A stretch of DNA of 64,000 nt from an uncultured Nitrospinota bacterium (GTDB lineage: Bacteria; Tectomicrobia; Entotheonellia; J063; CAVPRW01): contig CAVPRW010000024.1 of NCBI GenBank assembly GCA_963707985.1, positions 160,001-224,000 of the forward strand. Direction: 5' to 3'. Of the stretch, positions 10,841-21,508 are shown one piece after another. How positions within the stretch are numbered: the stretch's first letter is position 1; each line of letters opens with the position of its first letter. The notes under the pieces were generated by a model. The model made no database searches, was not told the DNA's origin, and worked only from the letters and a program-made list of their open reading frames with translations. The translations under genes and the position numbers were made by a program.

Positions 10841-11719
10841 ATGGTCCGCAGCATGACAGGTTACGGTCAAGGGGAAGTCCAGGCACCAGGCGGAGCCTGT
10901 GTGGTCGAGGTCCGCTCCCTGAATCATCGTTATTGTGAAATCGCTGTGAAAACACCGCGGGGGTTCGCTGCGATCGAGAACCACATCCGCGAGACGGTGC
11001 GCTCACGCTTTACCCGCGGCCGCTTTGACGTGCATGTGACCGTCAATTACGCCACGGTTTCATCTCGCCGCATTGTCATCGATCAGGCCCTAGCGCGTCA
11101 ACTCTTTCTCGCTCTCACAGACCTCAAGCGTGAGCTGGGACTTGACGGTCAGGTGAATCTCTCGTCGCTGCTGGAACTCCGTGAGATCGCGCGCGTGGAG
11201 GAAAATGAGCATCACGTCGAAGACCTTTGGCCAGCAGTTCAAGAAGCCCTCGACAGCGCTGTGACGAACCTGGAGGCTATGCGGTTGGCTGAGGGCGAGG
11301 CGCTAGGACGTGATATTCTGCAACGTATTCACCTCATCGAAGCCTGGCTGGAGCAGATCAAAAGCCGACTCCCCGCCCTCCTCATCGACTATCGGCAAAA
11401 ATTGGAGGCCCGCATCAGCCGCCTGTTTGGAGATGTGGAGATCGATCCAGCACGGCTTGCGCAGGAAGTGGTGTTCTTCACCGAACGCAGCGACGTCACC
11501 GAGGAGATGACACGCTTGCACACCCACCTCACCGAGTTCAAACGCCTTCTGCATGTGGACGAGTCGGTGGGGCGGAAGTTGGATTTCCTGCTGCAGGAGA
11601 TGAATCGCGAGATCAATACGACCAGCTCTAAGGTGGCCGATAGCGACGTCGCGGTCCTGGTGGTCGACATCAAGAGCGAGCTTGAGCGCATTCGTGAGCA
11701 AGCCCAAAACATCGAATGA
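10841..11719 (+). CDS. yicC: YicC/YloC family endoribonuclease
   Basis: SMTGYG, RSLNHRY, DVTEE..RL, GRKLDFLLQEMNREINT, IREQAQNIE. Confidence 0.93.
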   Translation: MVRSMTGYGQGEVQAPGGACVVEVRSLNHRYCEIAVKTPRGFAAIENHIRETVRSRFTRGRFDVHVTVNYATVSSRRIVIDQALARQLFLALTDLKRELGLDGQVNLSSLLELREIARVEENEHHVEDLWPAVQEALDSAVTNLEAMRLAEGEALGRDILQRIHLIEAWLEQIKSRLPALLIDYRQKLEARISRLFGDVEIDPARLAQEVVFFTERSDVTEEMTRLHTHLTEFKRLLHVDESVGRKLDFLLQEMNREINTTSSKVADSDVAVLVVDIKSELERIREQAQNIE

Positions 11720-12371
11720 TCCGACCGGCAACTGCACGTCTGGCCGTATCTTCGTGCTCTCGGCCCCCTCGGGCGCCGGTAAAAGTACGTTGGCGCAAGC
11801 CGTCATCGCTGCCACACCTGGGGTTGTACGCGCGGTGACCTACACTACTCGGCCGCCAAGACCCGGCGAAGTCGATGGATGTGACTATCATTTCATCTCT
11901 CATGAGGCATTTCTGCAGCGCTTGGCCGCGGGGGAAATGCTCGAATCAGCCACGGTGCATGGCTATCTCTATGGTACATCAAGCCTGGATGTTGAGCGCC
12001 TTTGCCAGCAAGGATTTGACGTGCTCCTGATCATTGATTGCCAGGGCGCGACCGCTCTCAGGCGACAGAGCGTGGATGCGCTGTACATTTTTCTGCTGCC
12101 CCCTTCCCTGAGAGTCCTTGAGCAGCGATTGCGGCAACGCAACGCCGACAACGAAACGTCTATTCAGACCCGACTGTCTATCGCCCCTGTGGAAATGGTC
12201 CAGTATCGGGACTACGATTATGTCATCGTCAACGATGACCTGAAGTCAGCAACGCAACAGCTCCAGGCTATTCTCCTCGCCGATCGCTGTTGCCTCCCAC
12301 GGCTCAACCGTCGCTACCCAATTTTCGCCGAATTGGATGGATGGATCCATGAGCGAGGCCCTAGTACTTGA
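11682..12371 (+). CDS. gmk: Guanylate kinase (start uncertain)
   Basis: SAPSGAGKST, TTRPPRPGEVDG.DYHF, HGYLYGT, YDYVIVND. Confidence 0.92.
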   Translation: MSAFVSKPKTSNDPTGNCTSGRIFVLSAPSGAGKSTLAQAVIAATPGVVRAVTYTTRPPRPGEVDGCDYHFISHEAFLQRLAAGEMLESATVHGYLYGTSSLDVERLCQQGFDVLLIIDCQGATALRRQSVDALYIFLLPPSLRVLEQRLRQRNADNETSIQTRLSIAPVEMVQYRDYDYVIVNDDLKSATQQLQAILLADRCCLPRLNRRYPIFAELDGWIHERGPST

Positions 12372-13578
12372 AGGCAAGACAATCGTCCTCGGTATCAGCG
12401 GCAGTATCGCGGCATTCAAAGCAGTTGAGGTGTTGCGAGGCTTGACCAAAGCGGGTGCGAATGTGGTGACGATGATGACCCGCACGGCTTGCCAGTTCGT
12501 TGGCCCCCTGACGTTTCAGACCTTTTCCCGCCAGCCGGTCATGCTTGATGAGGATGTATTTCGATCGACTGACCCGCGCATGAAGCATATCTGGATGGCG
12601 GAAACAGGCGATCTCGTCCTTGTCGCGCCCACAACAGCGGACATCATTGGCAAATATGCGAATGGTATTGCCGATGATCTGCTGTCAACCTTCCTGCTCA
12701 CCACGGTCGCTCCGGTCATTCTGGTTCCAGCGATGGAGACCAATATGTACACGAATCCGATCGTGCAGAGCAACATGACCCGCCTCAAAGCCTTGGGAGT
12801 TGAGGTCATGGAGGCTGAGCATGGCGTCCTGGCCAGCGGGAAGGTCGGTCAGGGGCGCATGGTCGAGCCCGAGCCCATCGTGGCCAAGGTCATCGAACGC
12901 CTCACCACTCCAGCCATGCCGCACGACTTGGTCAAACGCACAGTACTGGTGACGGCAGGGCCGACCCAGGAGCCGATCGATACGGTACGTTTTATTTCCA
13001 ATCCTTCGTCGGGCAAGATGGGCTATGCCATTGCCGAGGCGGCACGTCAGCGGGGGGCAGAAGTCATTTTGGTGTCGGGACCGACCAATCTGACGCCGCC
13101 GGCAGGCGTGCAATCACATGTCGTTCAGACCGCCTGCCAGATGCATGCAGCAGTGATGCGTGTGTTTGAAAAAGCGGATGTCGTCATCAAAGCCGCCGCG
13201 GTGTCTGACTATCGCCCTAGACAGTTCATCCCGTACAAAGTGAAAAAGACCGAGGATGTGCAAACGGTCGAACTAGTCCGCAATCCCGATATTCTCGCCG
13301 AGCTTGGCCAACGCAAGGGCAAGCGCGTACTGGTGGGGTTTGCCGCTGAAACTGAGGAGCTGTTGGCCAACGCCCAGAAGAAGGTGCAAGCGAAGCATCT
13401 GGATATGATCGTGGCCAATGAAGTCGGTCATGCCGGCAGTGGGTTTCAGAGCGATGCGAACAAGGTGCTGATCCTGCACGATAACGGACGCATCGAGGAC
13501 CTACCACTGATGTCCAAGCAACAGCTGGCCCACGAAATCCTTACCCGTGTGGTCGAGCGACTAAAGGGCATGGATTGA
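12349..13578 (+). CDS. coaBC: Bifunctional phosphopantothenoylcysteine decarboxylase/synthetase
   Basis: GSIAAFK, GIADDLL, PAMETNM, TAGPTQEPID.VRFISNPSSGKMG, AAVSDY, VGFAAET. Confidence 0.95.
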   Translation: MSEALVLEGKTIVLGISGSIAAFKAVEVLRGLTKAGANVVTMMTRTACQFVGPLTFQTFSRQPVMLDEDVFRSTDPRMKHIWMAETGDLVLVAPTTADIIGKYANGIADDLLSTFLLTTVAPVILVPAMETNMYTNPIVQSNMTRLKALGVEVMEAEHGVLASGKVGQGRMVEPEPIVAKVIERLTTPAMPHDLVKRTVLVTAGPTQEPIDTVRFISNPSSGKMGYAIAEAARQRGAEVILVSGPTNLTPPAGVQSHVVQTACQMHAAVMRVFEKADVVIKAAAVSDYRPRQFIPYKVKKTEDVQTVELVRNPDILAELGQRKGKRVLVGFAAETEELLANAQKKVQAKHLDMIVANEVGHAGSGFQSDANKVLILHDNGRIEDLPLMSKQQLAHEILTRVVERLKGMD

Positions 13579-13597
13579 CCTTCCTCCTAGAAGGGGA

Positions 13598-14437
13598 GTG
13601 TACATGGCCTATTCCACCTCACCACACGATGAGTTGCGCTTGCTCACCAACAATTTACGAGCGTATGTAGAGGCGCTAGGTCTTTGGGGAGTGCAGCATA
13701 TCCCCGTTGATCAGCCTCCTGCACCCCCCTTTCCAACCCCCAAAGTGATGACAGCTCTGCACCGGCCGGAGCCATCCCCGGAGCCCATAGACGCTGCTGA
13801 CCCAACGGTTCCATCAACGTCCGCTCCAGATGTTCAAGACATGCCCCTACCATTAGAACTACCGTTGACACCCCTTTCGCGACTCTCGTTAACAGAGCTT
13901 GAAACAGTGGCGAAGCAATGCACAGCTTGCCGGCTCCATCAAGGCCGAACGCATGTCGTCTTCGGAGTTGGCAATCCGCACGCCGAGCTGATGTTTGCGG
14001 GGGAGGCACCGGGACGGGATGAGGATCTCCAAGGGGAGCCGTTCGTTGGTCGCGCCGGACAGTTGCTGACGCGGATTATCGAAGCGATCGGCATGAGACG
14101 CCAGGACGTCTACATCGCTAACGTCATCAAATGTCGTCCCCCCAATAATCGCAACCCTGAAGCGGACGAGATCGCCCACTGTGAACCCTATCTCATCCGT
14201 CAGATCGCCTTGGTGCAACCGCGGCTCATTGTCGCACTGGGGACCTTCGCGGCGCAGACATTGCTGAAGACGAAACTGCCCATTTCCCAATTGCGCGGCC
14301 GCTTTCACACCTACCAAGGGGTTAAGCTGATGCCCACCTTCCATCCCGCCTTCCTCTTGCGCAATCCTGAACGCAAACGCGCAGTCTGGGAAGATATGCA
14401 GATGGTGCAGCGCGAATTGCGCCAACCATCGACCTGA
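13598..14437 (+). CDS. udg: Uracil-DNA glycosylase family 4 (Fe-S)
   Basis: [34 protein letters not shown]. Confidence 0.92.
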   Translation: MYMAYSTSPHDELRLLTNNLRAYVEALGLWGVQHIPVDQPPAPPFPTPKVMTALHRPEPSPEPIDAADPTVPSTSAPDVQDMPLPLELPLTPLSRLSLTELETVAKQCTACRLHQGRTHVVFGVGNPHAELMFAGEAPGRDEDLQGEPFVGRAGQLLTRIIEAIGMRRQDVYIANVIKCRPPNNRNPEADEIAHCEPYLIRQIALVQPRLIVALGTFAAQTLLKTKLPISQLRGRFHTYQGVKLMPTFHPAFLLRNPERKRAVWEDMQMVQRELRQPST

Positions 14438-14448
14438 GCCCCTGTCTA

Positions 14449-15795
14449 TCAGTCTTGCTCGCGGGGCTGATCCTCCTTACTCTGCCGCCAATGCTGCAGG
14501 CGTTCGCGAAGGATTCGTTCGTAGCCGTCGTCCACTGGGTCGTAATAGACGCGCCCCAGGAGATTTTCGGGCAGATAGACTTCCTCGACATGGCGACCAG
14601 GGTAATGGTGGGGATATTTATACCCGTGCCCATACCCTAATTCATTCATGAGGCGGGTCGGGGCGTTGCGAAGATGCAACGGCACCGGCAGCGCAGACAG
14701 GCTCTGAATATCCTGCTGGACCCCGGTATAGGCGGTATATAGGGCATTGCTCTTGGGGGCGGTGGCGAGATAGACTGCTGCCTGAGCAAGGGCCAAATTC
14801 CCTTCCGGCATACCGATGAAATGCACGGCTTGCATGGCGGCGACCGCGACCAGGAGCGCTTGGGGGTCGGCATTGCCGATGTCTTCTGAAGCAAAGCGAA
14901 CCATTCGGCGGACGATGTAGAGCGGGTCCTCACCGGCTTCGAGCATACGCCCCAACCAATACAGGGCGGCGTCCGGATCACTGCCGCGCATGCTTTTGTG
15001 CAAGGCAGAGATCAGATTATAGTGTTCCTCGCCGGTTTTATCATAGCTTAGCGTCCGGCGCTGGGCCGCCTCCTCGATGGAGGCGAGCGACAGGGCTCGG
15101 CTGCCATCCGCTGCCGGCTCGCTCGTGAGGTAGGCGAACTCCAGGATGTTCAACGCAACGCGGGCATCGCCGTTGGCAAGATTGACGAGAAAGGCGCGAG
15201 CCTCTGGTTCAAGCCTGACCTTCGCCATTCCCAAGCCATGAACCGGATCTTGCAGCGCCCGCTCGACGATGGTGCCGAGTTCCGCTGGCGTCAATGCTTG
15301 CAGGGTAAAGACCCGCGCGCGCGACAGGAGTGGTGCAATCACCTCAAAGGAGGGATTCTCCGTGGTTGCTCCGATGAAGGTGATCTCGCCCCGTTCCACA
15401 TGTGGGAGAAGAGCATCCTGCTGGGCTTTGTTAAAGCGGTGGATCTCATCGATAAACAGGAGGGTTCGTTTGCCCAGCCGATGGCGCTGTGAGCGGGCTT
15501 CCTCGATGACGCCGCGAATCTCTTTTACCCCCGCGAGGACGGCGCTGAGCGCCACAAAGTGGGCCTGGGTCTGCTTGGCGATTACCTGTGCCAGGGAAGT
15601 CTTCCCTGTGCCTGGAGGCCCCCACAGAATCATCGAGGTCAGGTGATCCTGTTCAATGGCCCGTCGCAGCAGTTTTCCCTCCCCGAAGAGGTGCGATTGT
15701 CCAACAAACTCCTGTATCGTGGCGGGTCTCATCCGTTCAGCTAGCGGAGCATATGCCGGCGACACCTCTCGCGAAGGTTCCTCGAAAAGCTCCAT
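14449..15795 (-). CDS. rarA: Replication-associated recombination protein A
   Basis: PLAERMRP, GPPGTGKT, DEIHRFNKAQQD, GATTENPSF, SALHKSMRGSD, PLHLRNAPT. Confidence 0.95.
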   Translation of the reverse strand: MELFEEPSREVSPAYAPLAERMRPATIQEFVGQSHLFGEGKLLRRAIEQDHLTSMILWGPPGTGKTSLAQVIAKQTQAHFVALSAVLAGVKEIRGVIEEARSQRHRLGKRTLLFIDEIHRFNKAQQDALLPHVERGEITFIGATTENPSFEVIAPLLSRARVFTLQALTPAELGTIVERALQDPVHGLGMAKVRLEPEARAFLVNLANGDARVALNILEFAYLTSEPAADGSRALSLASIEEAAQRRTLSYDKTGEEHYNLISALHKSMRGSDPDAALYWLGRMLEAGEDPLYIVRRMVRFASEDIGNADPQALLVAVAAMQAVHFIGMPEGNLALAQAAVYLATAPKSNALYTAYTGVQQDIQSLSALPVPLHLRNAPTRLMNELGYGHGYKYPHHYPGRHVEEVYLPENLLGRVYYDPVDDGYERILRERLQHWRQSKEDQPREQD

Positions 15796-15926
15796 AACTC
15801 TCTCCTGTTAGACCCAGTGTGCATGACTCAATATCTCCAGCGACACGTCACCACTCTAGCAGAATCAGAAGGCCGCCGACAGGGTCATTGGGGCTGTGGT
15901 GCATGGGCACAGGGATGAAAGGCTCC

Positions 15927-15956
15927 TTGACATCTGGCGAAAAAGCTCCTTATACT
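15927..15956 (+). promoter_or_regulatory. Putative sigma70 promoter for the PBP1A gene
   Basis: TTGACA-18 bp-TATACT. Confidence 0.55.
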
Positions 15957-16036
15957 TCAAACTCCTAGAAACAGGAGAGTATAGTCAGATAACACTGATG
16001 GAGCTTTGATGGAGAGCATTCGAAGGAGATGCCACC

Positions 16037-18502
16037 GTGCCGTCTCGACACGGATTTAAATTGACCCAAGGGCAAAAACCACCCATCCGTCGCTGGCTCA
16101 GAGGTTTGTTGGTCGCCATAGGGTTGACCGGAGTGTTCTCGTTGGCAGCCGCTGGTACCGGGGCCTATTTGCTGTATCAACATTTCGTCGAAGCGCTACC
16201 GGACATCAGCCAACTGAAATCCTATCAACCCAGCCTCATCACGTCAGTCTATGCGGATGACGAAACCCCAGTGGCGCAGTTTTTCATGGAACGCCGCGTG
16301 CTGATCCCGCTGGAAAGGATCCCTACCCTTCTTAAAGAAGCTACCTTGGCGGTCGAGGATGCACGATTCTACTCGCATGAGGGCATCGACGTCATCGGGA
16401 TTGCACGTGCTGCCTGGTCAAACATGCAGGCTGGCGAGGTCGTAGAGGGGGCAAGCACGATTACGCAGCAAGTCGCCAAGATGCTCTTTTTAACGCACCG
16501 CAAAACGGTTGAGCGCAAGGTCCGGGAGGTGATCCTGGCCATGCGAATGGAACATCTGCTCAGCAAAGATGAAATCTTGGAGATCTATCTCAATCAAACC
16601 TACTATGGTCATGGGGCCTACGGTGTTGAAGCTGCATCAAATGTATACTTTGGCAAGAGTGTTGGAGACCTCGCCCTGGATGAGGCCGCACTGTTGGCCG
16701 GTCTGCCCAAGGCGCCTACCGCCTATTCGCCCTATAACACACCTGACCGGTCCATGAAGCGGCGCGCCCACGTTCTGCGCCGGATGGTCGAGGCCGGTTA
16801 TATCACTGATGATGAGGAGATGCAGGCGCAAGCGGCAGCACTCCAACTTCGCCCACGCCAGGAAACCACTGTCAAAGCCCCGTACTTTGTTGAGCATGTG
16901 CGACGCTACCTCGAAGAGCAGTATGGCAGCACTCTCCTATACCGCGGTGGGCTGAAAGTCTATACCACTCTCGATCTTTCGCTACAGGAAGCTGCCGAGG
17001 TGGCATTGCGTCACGGACTGATCATAAACGATCAACGCCGCGGCTATCGCGGTCCTCTCGGACATCTCAACATCTCCAAGGGTGACCGGATCGACTGGGA
17101 AAAGGTCCGACAAATTCCCTGGCCGGAGGAACAGTCGCCGTTAACGCTTTTGGCCCACAGAGTCAAAGCCGTGGTCGTGGCTGTTGACGACAGGCGGGTA
17201 CAGGTGCGTTGGGAAGGAGGGGAAGGGATGATCCCGCTGGAGGCGATGTCATGGGCTTATGCCCCGAACCCCGACGCCGACAACGAGAAGCGGCGTCTGC
17301 GCCGACCAGGGGACGCCCTGAAAGTGGGTGATGTCATTTTGGCCGACCTCACGGTTGCTGGGGGACAGAGTAAGAAAACGCTGCTCGCGCTGGCTCAAGA
17401 GCCCATCGTGCAGGGGGCATTGGTCGCTCTTGAACCGCATACTGGGTATCTCCGTGCCCTGGTGGGTGGGTATGATTTCAGCCGCAGTCAATTTAACCGC
17501 GCCACTCAGGCGATCCGTCAACCCGGCTCGGCCTTCAAGCCGATTATCTATGCTACCGCAATCCAACGGGGGATGTCGCCAGCCCGCGTCATGGTCGATG
17601 CTCCGATCGTGCACGAGCAGGCCGATGGTAAAATCTGGAAGCCGTCCAATTATGACGGGAATTTCTGGGGACCGATTACCCTCGCCGAAGCCCTAGCGCA
17701 GTCGAGAAATATCATCGCCATCAAGGTGCTGGAGACCGTCGGGGTGAAGAATGTCGTCGACTATGCCAAACGTCTGGGGATCAGGAATCCCATGACTCCC
17801 ACCCTGGCATTGGGCCTCGGCGCCTCTGGCTTGACCCCCCTCGAACTGACGACCGCCTACAATGTGTTCGCCAGCCAGGGAGTCCGTCATGATCCTGTGG
17901 CCATCAAATGGGTGGAGGATGCTGAGGGACAGGTGCTGGAGAAACACACTCCTCTTGGGGAACGGGTGATGAGCGAGCAACAGGCCTTCGTCATGACCTC
18001 AATGCTGCAGGGAGTCGTGCAGCGTGGCACAGGGACCCGTGCCAAAGTGCTCAATCGGCCTGTCGCGGGTAAGACTGGCACGACCAATGATTTCATCGAT
18101 GCCTGGTTCGTCGGCTATAGCCCCAGCTTGGTGGCAGGTGTATGGGTGGGCATTGACGACCGCGAGTCCCTGGGATACAAAGAAGCGGGTGGGCGTTCGG
18201 CACTACCGATTTGGATCGAGTTCATGCAGCAGGCCCTTGAACAGGTGCCGTTGCAGGAGTTTCTCACTCCGCCGCATATTCGGCTAGTGCGCATCAATCC
18301 CCGCACAGGTGCGAGCAACGACCCAGGATCGGGATCGACCATCCAGATCGCTCTAGCTGAGGAGAGCACCCCACGCACGGCCCAGGTGAGAACCACACAA
18401 AGTAGCGAGCGCGCTGGTGGGACTGCACCGCGCTGGCGTGATCTTGGTTTGGGAGAGTACAGCCCACCGCGTGAATCCGAAACGTCCATGGCACCGGAGT
18501 GA
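16037..18502 (+). CDS. mrcA: Penicillin-binding protein 1A (class A, GT51 plus transpeptidase, with OB-like insert)
   Basis: EDARFYSHEG, GASTITQQ, RKVRE, YLNQ, SAFK, SRN, KTGT. Confidence 0.93.
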   Translation: MPSRHGFKLTQGQKPPIRRWLRGLLVAIGLTGVFSLAAAGTGAYLLYQHFVEALPDISQLKSYQPSLITSVYADDETPVAQFFMERRVLIPLERIPTLLKEATLAVEDARFYSHEGIDVIGIARAAWSNMQAGEVVEGASTITQQVAKMLFLTHRKTVERKVREVILAMRMEHLLSKDEILEIYLNQTYYGHGAYGVEAASNVYFGKSVGDLALDEAALLAGLPKAPTAYSPYNTPDRSMKRRAHVLRRMVEAGYITDDEEMQAQAAALQLRPRQETTVKAPYFVEHVRRYLEEQYGSTLLYRGGLKVYTTLDLSLQEAAEVALRHGLIINDQRRGYRGPLGHLNISKGDRIDWEKVRQIPWPEEQSPLTLLAHRVKAVVVAVDDRRVQVRWEGGEGMIPLEAMSWAYAPNPDADNEKRRLRRPGDALKVGDVILADLTVAGGQSKKTLLALAQEPIVQGALVALEPHTGYLRALVGGYDFSRSQFNRATQAIRQPGSAFKPIIYATAIQRGMSPARVMVDAPIVHEQADGKIWKPSNYDGNFWGPITLAEALAQSRNIIAIKVLETVGVKNVVDYAKRLGIRNPMTPTLALGLGASGLTPLELTTAYNVFASQGVRHDPVAIKWVEDAEGQVLEKHTPLGERVMSEQQAFVMTSMLQGVVQRGTGTRAKVLNRPVAGKTGTTNDFIDAWFVGYSPSLVAGVWVGIDDRESLGYKEAGGRSALPIWIEFMQQALEQVPLQEFLTPPHIRLVRINPRTGASNDPGSGSTIQIALAEESTPRTAQVRTTQSSERAGGTAPRWRDLGLGEYSPPRESETSMAPE

Positions 18503-18514
18503 GTGACGATACCC

Positions 18515-20494
18515 TCAATTCAGCTGGACAATCTGGCCGCGGCGCACCGTCAGCGCAAACAGGCGCCGCTCAATTTCGCCGTTGGGGAGCACGCCCATCC
18601 ATCCGGTGGCCGCTCTGAAGTCTTTGGTAGCCTTTAGCTGTTCTCTTACCTCTTCCCGAGTCCGTGGTCGTTGTTTGAGGACACGCAGCAGCAGAAGCAT
18701 GGCATCATGGCTTTGGGCTGCCATGAGGTCCGGAGTGGTGTTGAACATGGCCCGATACTGCTGCACGAACTCACGCACTTGTGGGTCAGATGCACCAGCA
18801 AAAAAGCCGTCCATAAATACCGCCCCATCGACGAACGCCCCAGCCCGTTTGACTAATGCTGGGTGATTCCAGCCGCTTTCGCCCAGCAACGTCATGCCGG
18901 TGATATTCAGCAACTGCATGGCTGGCACCAGAAACTGCAGGCGCTCGAAGGAGCGTGGCAGATAGAGTGCCTCGTAAGCTAACTTGCCACTGGTCGTTCG
19001 TATCTCTGTTGTGCTTTCCGGTGATGGGGCACGTTCCCCCGCAGAGCTGGCATGCGCCAGCTCTTGGTCCGTCTGCCCGCCAACTTGGCGCAAGGCGGCG
19101 GTGAAATCGACTTGATCGGGGGCATAAGCCTGCCGAATGACTATTTCTCCACCCAACTCAGCTATACGTGCTTGAAAGGTTTCAGCCAGTTCTCGTCCTG
19201 AGGGATCATCAGGATAAAGGATCGCAAAGCGCCGCAACCCGAGACTGCCCATTGCATACTGGGCTAGCTGGCGGGCCTCCAGGCGATTGGTCAGGGCCGT
19301 GCGAAACACATAGGAATTGTCGGCAGCGATTTGGAGGGATGGGGCTCCCGGCGTGATCAGGGGCAAGTGAAATTCCTGGGCTTTTTTCGCCGCCACCTCA
19401 GTCGTTTCGTTGAACAGCGGCCCAACAACCGCAATGACCCGCTCGACCATAGCCAGTTCATCCATGACGGACGCTGTGGTCGAGAGGTTGGCCTTGGAAT
19501 CACGGACCTCCATTTTCAGTGGGCTAAATCCCTCCCGCGCAAACGCAACCTGGATACCTTGCAGCGCGCTTTGTCCTACCTCGCTGACCCATTCTCGACG
19601 CCGGGGGCTGGACAAGGGCAACACGACCCCAATCTTGTGTGGATCCACGCTGACGGTTCGGGCCTGTTCGAGGTCCGTCACTAGAGCCTGCATCCGTGGT
19701 GCCTCAGGATGATTTGGAAAGTTCGTAAGGAATTCCTTTGCCGCGGCCTCAGCCTGAATGGCCGCACGGCGATTCGACGCCTCCTTGGCTATGCGCAGCA
19801 AGATATAATCGCTCGGAAACTCCGTGGGCCAACGTCTCTTCAGCGTCTCAAGCTCCGCTAATGTGAGTTTTGAGCTAACAATGTCGATAGACAGGGCCCG
19901 CGCCTCTTGTTGCACCTCCGCTGGAATCTGGCGCGCGGCCGTGAGCCTATGCAGCTCATCGAGCGCCCGGATGTACTGCCCTTCCGCAACGGAAACTTTG
20001 GCAAGCGTGAGGATGAAAGCTGCCTGTAGGCGAGCATTGGGGTATGCGCCTTGGGCCTCTTCTAGCACCGTGCGTGCCTCCGTATAGCGCTTAAGGTGCA
20101 ACAGGCTGAGACTCCGCAAGTAGGCCGCATCGGGGGCGAGCTTTGAGCGCGGGAATTTCGCCAGAAACTCTTGCAGGTTTTGTTGTGCGTCCGCGAATGT
20201 CCCCTCATAGTAGAGCACTTCGCCGAGACGGAATGATCCATCCTCTACCAAAGGTGACTGGGGGTGGTTTGCAAGGAATGACTGATAGAGGAGGCGAGCC
20301 CGGGGATAGTCTTTCTGTTGGTAGGCCCTCTCCGCATCGCTGAAGGCAGTTTGGGCCGCTCCTTGACCGGAAGTTCTTTGGGCGAGACCGGGACCGCTTC
20401 CCATTCCCCCTAGGGCAGCACAGCCTGTCGCCACTCCCAAACACAGTAGGAGGCAGGTGAAAGACCCTACTCGCTGCAGCCTATACACCCCCAT
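18515..20494 (-). CDS. LpoA/LppC-like lipoprotein: TPR (BamD/YfiO-like) repeats plus type I periplasmic-binding domain
   Basis: Lipobox-like VATGC; TPR repeats (FLANHPQSPL, FLAKFPRSKL); KIGVVLPLS, AVVGPL, AILYPDD. Confidence 0.75.
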   Translation of the reverse strand: MGVYRLQRVGSFTCLLLCLGVATGCAALGGMGSGPGLAQRTSGQGAAQTAFSDAERAYQQKDYPRARLLYQSFLANHPQSPLVEDGSFRLGEVLYYEGTFADAQQNLQEFLAKFPRSKLAPDAAYLRSLSLLHLKRYTEARTVLEEAQGAYPNARLQAAFILTLAKVSVAEGQYIRALDELHRLTAARQIPAEVQQEARALSIDIVSSKLTLAELETLKRRWPTEFPSDYILLRIAKEASNRRAAIQAEAAAKEFLTNFPNHPEAPRMQALVTDLEQARTVSVDPHKIGVVLPLSSPRRREWVSEVGQSALQGIQVAFAREGFSPLKMEVRDSKANLSTTASVMDELAMVERVIAVVGPLFNETTEVAAKKAQEFHLPLITPGAPSLQIAADNSYVFRTALTNRLEARQLAQYAMGSLGLRRFAILYPDDPSGRELAETFQARIAELGGEIVIRQAYAPDQVDFTAALRQVGGQTDQELAHASSAGERAPSPESTTEIRTTSGKLAYEALYLPRSFERLQFLVPAMQLLNITGMTLLGESGWNHPALVKRAGAFVDGAVFMDGFFAGASDPQVREFVQQYRAMFNTTPDLMAAQSHDAMLLLLRVLKQRPRTREEVREQLKATKDFRAATGWMGVLPNGEIERRLFALTVRRGQIVQLN

Positions 20495-20620
20495 CGCTTC
20501 ACCCCTGGTGGTTACGCGACTCGACACCCTGAGAGCATGGGGGACTCGCCGGCCTCCGCAGCCAGGATGATTGACAAGCATGGATCGCTGATGCAGATAA
20601 CGACCCATGCATTGTATGAA

Positions 20621-20851
20621 CTACTCTAAGACCTCCAGGACGTGGCGTTTTTCTTTCTGTGCCCGTGTGGCGTTCAAAATGGTACGCATGGCGGTGATCG
20701 TACGGCCATTCTTACCGATCACCTTGCCGATATCTTCCTTCGCAACCCGTAGTTCGATGACGATGGAATTCTCTCCTTCAACGCCGTTCACTCGCACCTG
20801 ATCTGGTTTGTCCACAATCGCTTTGGCAATGTTTTCGATCAGATCGATCAT
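20621..20851 (-). CDS. khpA: KH-domain RNA-binding protein KhpA (YlqC/UPF0109)
   Basis: 76 aa; IAKAIVDKPD, DIGKVIGKNGRT. Confidence 0.9.
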   Translation of the reverse strand: MIDLIENIAKAIVDKPDQVRVNGVEGENSIVIELRVAKEDIGKVIGKNGRTITAMRTILNATRAQKEKRHVLEVLE

Positions 20852-21369
20852 CGTCTTTGTGTCACCTCGCTCTGTTATAGCAGTTGGCTTATTGTCCTCC
20901 GCTGGAGGACCCCCAACATATCCGGGGTGAAACTTATCGCACTCCACCCCGAATTGCCAGACGACCAGTCGGTATCACACGACGACTACCGAGACCCGAA
21001 ACTCCCGACCTCTCCCGAGTCGATACCTTACGGGATGCATTACGCATAGGCGTCGGGATCGAAAGCAAGCGCGCGAGGACGCATAGATGAACCCTAGTGA
21101 CTCTTCTCGGTGCGAGTGAAGACGTGTGCGCTTGCGAAGGCCCTGAGTCAGACGCTCGTTGCCATCCGCCACCAACGAGAAATCATACTGCGGGCTGAGA
21201 TCATCGCAGGGTGAGAAACGGCGGCTCTTACCGTCACATCTGTGCTGCAGAGGTGGTGCAGGGATCAAGGGGAACGAGGGATGGGAAGACTTCTGGCTGT
21301 GAAAGTTTCCTCTCCTTGACAAGTACCGAGGGAGCCTCCAACGGTCAGCGACCTCCGAGGCGCGAATAT

Positions 21370-21508
21370 CAACACATGGGAGGCCTAAATTCTCAGGGTC
21401 GGCTAGAAGCGTCGCCCCTTCGATCCCTGCCAGAGTCAGCTGGTGATGCACCTTCATCGGTGGAAGGTGATGACAGCCGATATGAACATGGGCGTCAAGC
21501 ACGCGCAT
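21370..21508 (-). pseudogene. N-terminal fragment of an amidohydrolase-family protein
   Basis: MRVLDAHVHIG (DxHxH) followed by AGIEGATLL; similarity is lost after about 45 aa. Confidence 0.5.

Noticed and set aside
20900..21320. tmRNA, RNase P, SRP or 6S RNA in the long intergenic region
   Set aside because: I could not find the diagnostic motifs (tRNA-like ends with T-loop and CCA, GAGGAAAGUCC, SRP helix 8) on either strand.
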